Assembly: GCA_028534125.1 (NCBI GenBank)
Contig: CM052816.1
Location: 90,584,001-90,648,000 of the forward strand
Source of the DNA: Lama glama
Taxonomy: Eukaryota
DNA: 64,000 nt
Direction: 5' to 3'
The notes under the pieces were generated by a model. That model ran no database searches, was not told the DNA's origin, and was given only the letters and a program-made list of their open reading frames with translations. Both the position numbers and the translations under genes were made by a program. Shown here piece by piece: positions 61,745 through 64,000 of this stretch (position 1 is the stretch's first letter; each line of letters begins with the position of its first letter).

Positions 61745-61956
61745 AACTCACACTCTAGAAAGAGCCAAATACTAAATATTTTAGGTTTTGCAAGCCACGA
61801 GATTTCTGTCTGCCACTGGGGACTCTGCCGTTGTCACAGGAAAGCAACCACATACAACATAAAAACAAATGGATGGGGCCGTGTTCCAATAAACTTTATT
61901 TACAAAAACATGTTGGCGGTCAGCTTTGACCCAAGGGCTACGATTTACCCAACCTG
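61745..61956 (-). mobile_element. MER58-like MITE
   Basis: aaatattttaggttttgc...gccgtgttccaataaactttatttacaaaaaca is the reverse complement of the MER58 core. Confidence 0.78.
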
Positions 61957-63524
61957 ATCTAGATCATTAAGAATTTCTTCCTGCTAAGATCTCCAATCAC
62001 TGTCTTTTCTTTTCACTAAGATAACTCCACACATTCTTTTAAGTCTTCATATCCATTCAGATGGCTTTTTAATCCACTCAAAACATTTATAACTAACTGA
62101 ACTGTAAAGTGATGAAAATTTCCATTTAATCCTGATTTCCATTTAAAAGGGCTTACCCTCCCTTCTGAGGTTTATTGTGTCTTAATCTCATTCATTTCAC
62201 ATGTATTGTCCCTGTAATTGAAATATAGCTTGAAATATTTGTCAGTCTGGTCTGGAATTACCTCCTCATAAAGAAGCAAGATGGAGCAAAGAAAGCAAAT
62301 GAATCCAGCCAACTTAAGAGAAGAGAAGATAACACATCTTACAGGGAAATAAAATACTAGGCATAATAAACACCAGACAGTGCAGGACATTTTTCTGAAA
62401 GGAACATTTTTAATATACAGTAAAAGGCCTTTCCTTGGTGCTATAAGACGTCAGATGAACTCTGGCTAAATATGTAGGTGTTAGATCTGTTTTCACTCAT
62501 CTTAGATTTATTCCTGGAGATCATTGTTTGTAATGTTGAGTCTAATTCTTACTCTATCATTAAATGTTGAGAACTGCTCAAAGGTTTAAGTTTTGTTCAA
62601 ATCTAAAATGCAGTTGAAAAAAACAAGGTTTTGAGACTCTGTCTTTTTAAATCACTTTACTTTCAGAGCTGAGGGAAACCACGTGACTCAAGCGTACACA
62701 GCCACAACCAGTGGCTGTCACTGAGCAATCCATATCAGTCAATGACAGCAGGCTTCTCCCAGCCAGAACATTCTTTGTAATACTGTACCCAAGATGCCAC
62801 TACCAATTAGATCTCACCCCAAGACTGATAGGTAATTGTCATCGCCAATGTAGTCCAGTTCCTCATTTTACAAATTGGGAAGCCATGAGGTTCAGGCATC
62901 TTCCCAAGGGCTAAGCGTGATTCTCATCGATTTAATGCCTTGTCTACTTCTGTTTTCCAAATACCAGTTTATCCAGAAACCAAAGTCTGATGGGAGTCAC
63001 CATTCTTGCAAAAGGAATTCATGTGCAAACTAAACATTTATCAAGAGCCTATTAAATGCCAGGAACTGTTCTGAGGAGTAGAATTCAGCAATGAACAAGG
63101 CGGACGAGGTTCTTGTGGACACAAGGGATTAAAAACTTTGGAAAATTTTATTGCGATGGAAAGCAGAAAAATGCAGCATTAGCTAGAGAGCATTTGGGAT
63201 TAAGGAAAGGGCTTTTTTGTTGGTTTTTTTTTTTTTTGATGTCAGCTATTGGAGCATGTGTATGTGCGAGAGGGAGGAAGACTGAGAATATAGGGGAGGG
63301 GGGGTAATTACAGGTGCAGGGTCCTTGAGCCTTTGACAGGGAAAGAGGTATTGGATCCAGAGAATAAGACAGGGAAGAGCTGACCTACAGCAGCTCACAT
63401 AAAGCAGGAGGAGTGATCGAGAAGACGGCACACATGCCCATAGGATATTAGGTTAACAGGTTATAAAAGGGGGTCACATTTCCAAATTTTAACTTACAAA
63501 CGCAAGTCTTTATCCTTTAAAACG

Positions 63525-63636
63525 TAAGCACCAGGAGGGCAGAGATTCTTGTCCATTTCATTAACGGTCGTGAGTTGAGTACCTAGGACACCGCTTGGTA
63601 CACACTGGGAGGTCAAAAAATACTTATCGAAGGAAA
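63525..63636 (+). mobile_element. LINE-2 3' end
   Basis: taagcaccaggagggcagaga...cctaggacaccgcttggtacacactgggaggtcaaaaaatactt. Confidence 0.6.
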
Positions 63637-64000
63637 AGTACTGCAGAGCACCTGTTTTGCCAAGTCTGGTTTTCCAAGTGACCACAAGGTGGCAGGCTTG
63701 TACAAGAAAACACTGCCACCTGGTTGGCTACTTGCCGTAGTGTGATAAATGCTAGACCCAGAGAAGGGGTGACTTTTTAATGAACATTCTAATGAATTAG
63801 AAAACAATTTCTAGCATGGGGGGTATGTACTTATGTGTCTTGATAAGTATTTGCTTGACAGAAAAGACTATGCAACAGGAGAAAGGAAATAAAATGCAAA
63901 GACTGGCTAGGTACCCAAGAGTTTAAAATACGCTGCTGGTGATGTGAAATTATTTCCTCTTAAAACAATAACGCTGCCTCAGCTATGTCACACATTTGGT

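Overview
Mammalian genomic DNA containing the complete BASP1 gene (brain abundant membrane attached signal protein 1, NAP-22/CAP-23) on the minus strand. The tRNA-Ala-derived SINEs resemble Vic-1, which suggests a camelid. A non-coding, CGG-rich exon 1 lies in a CpG island (about 53000 to the donor at 52775). It is followed by a 50,644-bp intron (52774..2131) and exon 2, which holds a 9-nt UTR leader, the entire 223-aa CDS (2121..1450) and a 3' UTR of about 0.88 kb ending after AATAAA at 595..590. The rest is intron and upstream DNA with interspersed repeats (SINEs, L1 3' ends, a solo LTR nested in MER58A, MaLR LTRs, MER20, MIR, L2). No other protein-coding gene and no prokaryote-type system is supported. 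The most notable observation is an upstream AUG in exon 1 that is in frame with the BASP1 CDS across the splice junction and separated from it by a single UAG, plus a second frame-preserving splice donor. Repeat family names come from recalled consensus sequences, not from a database search.
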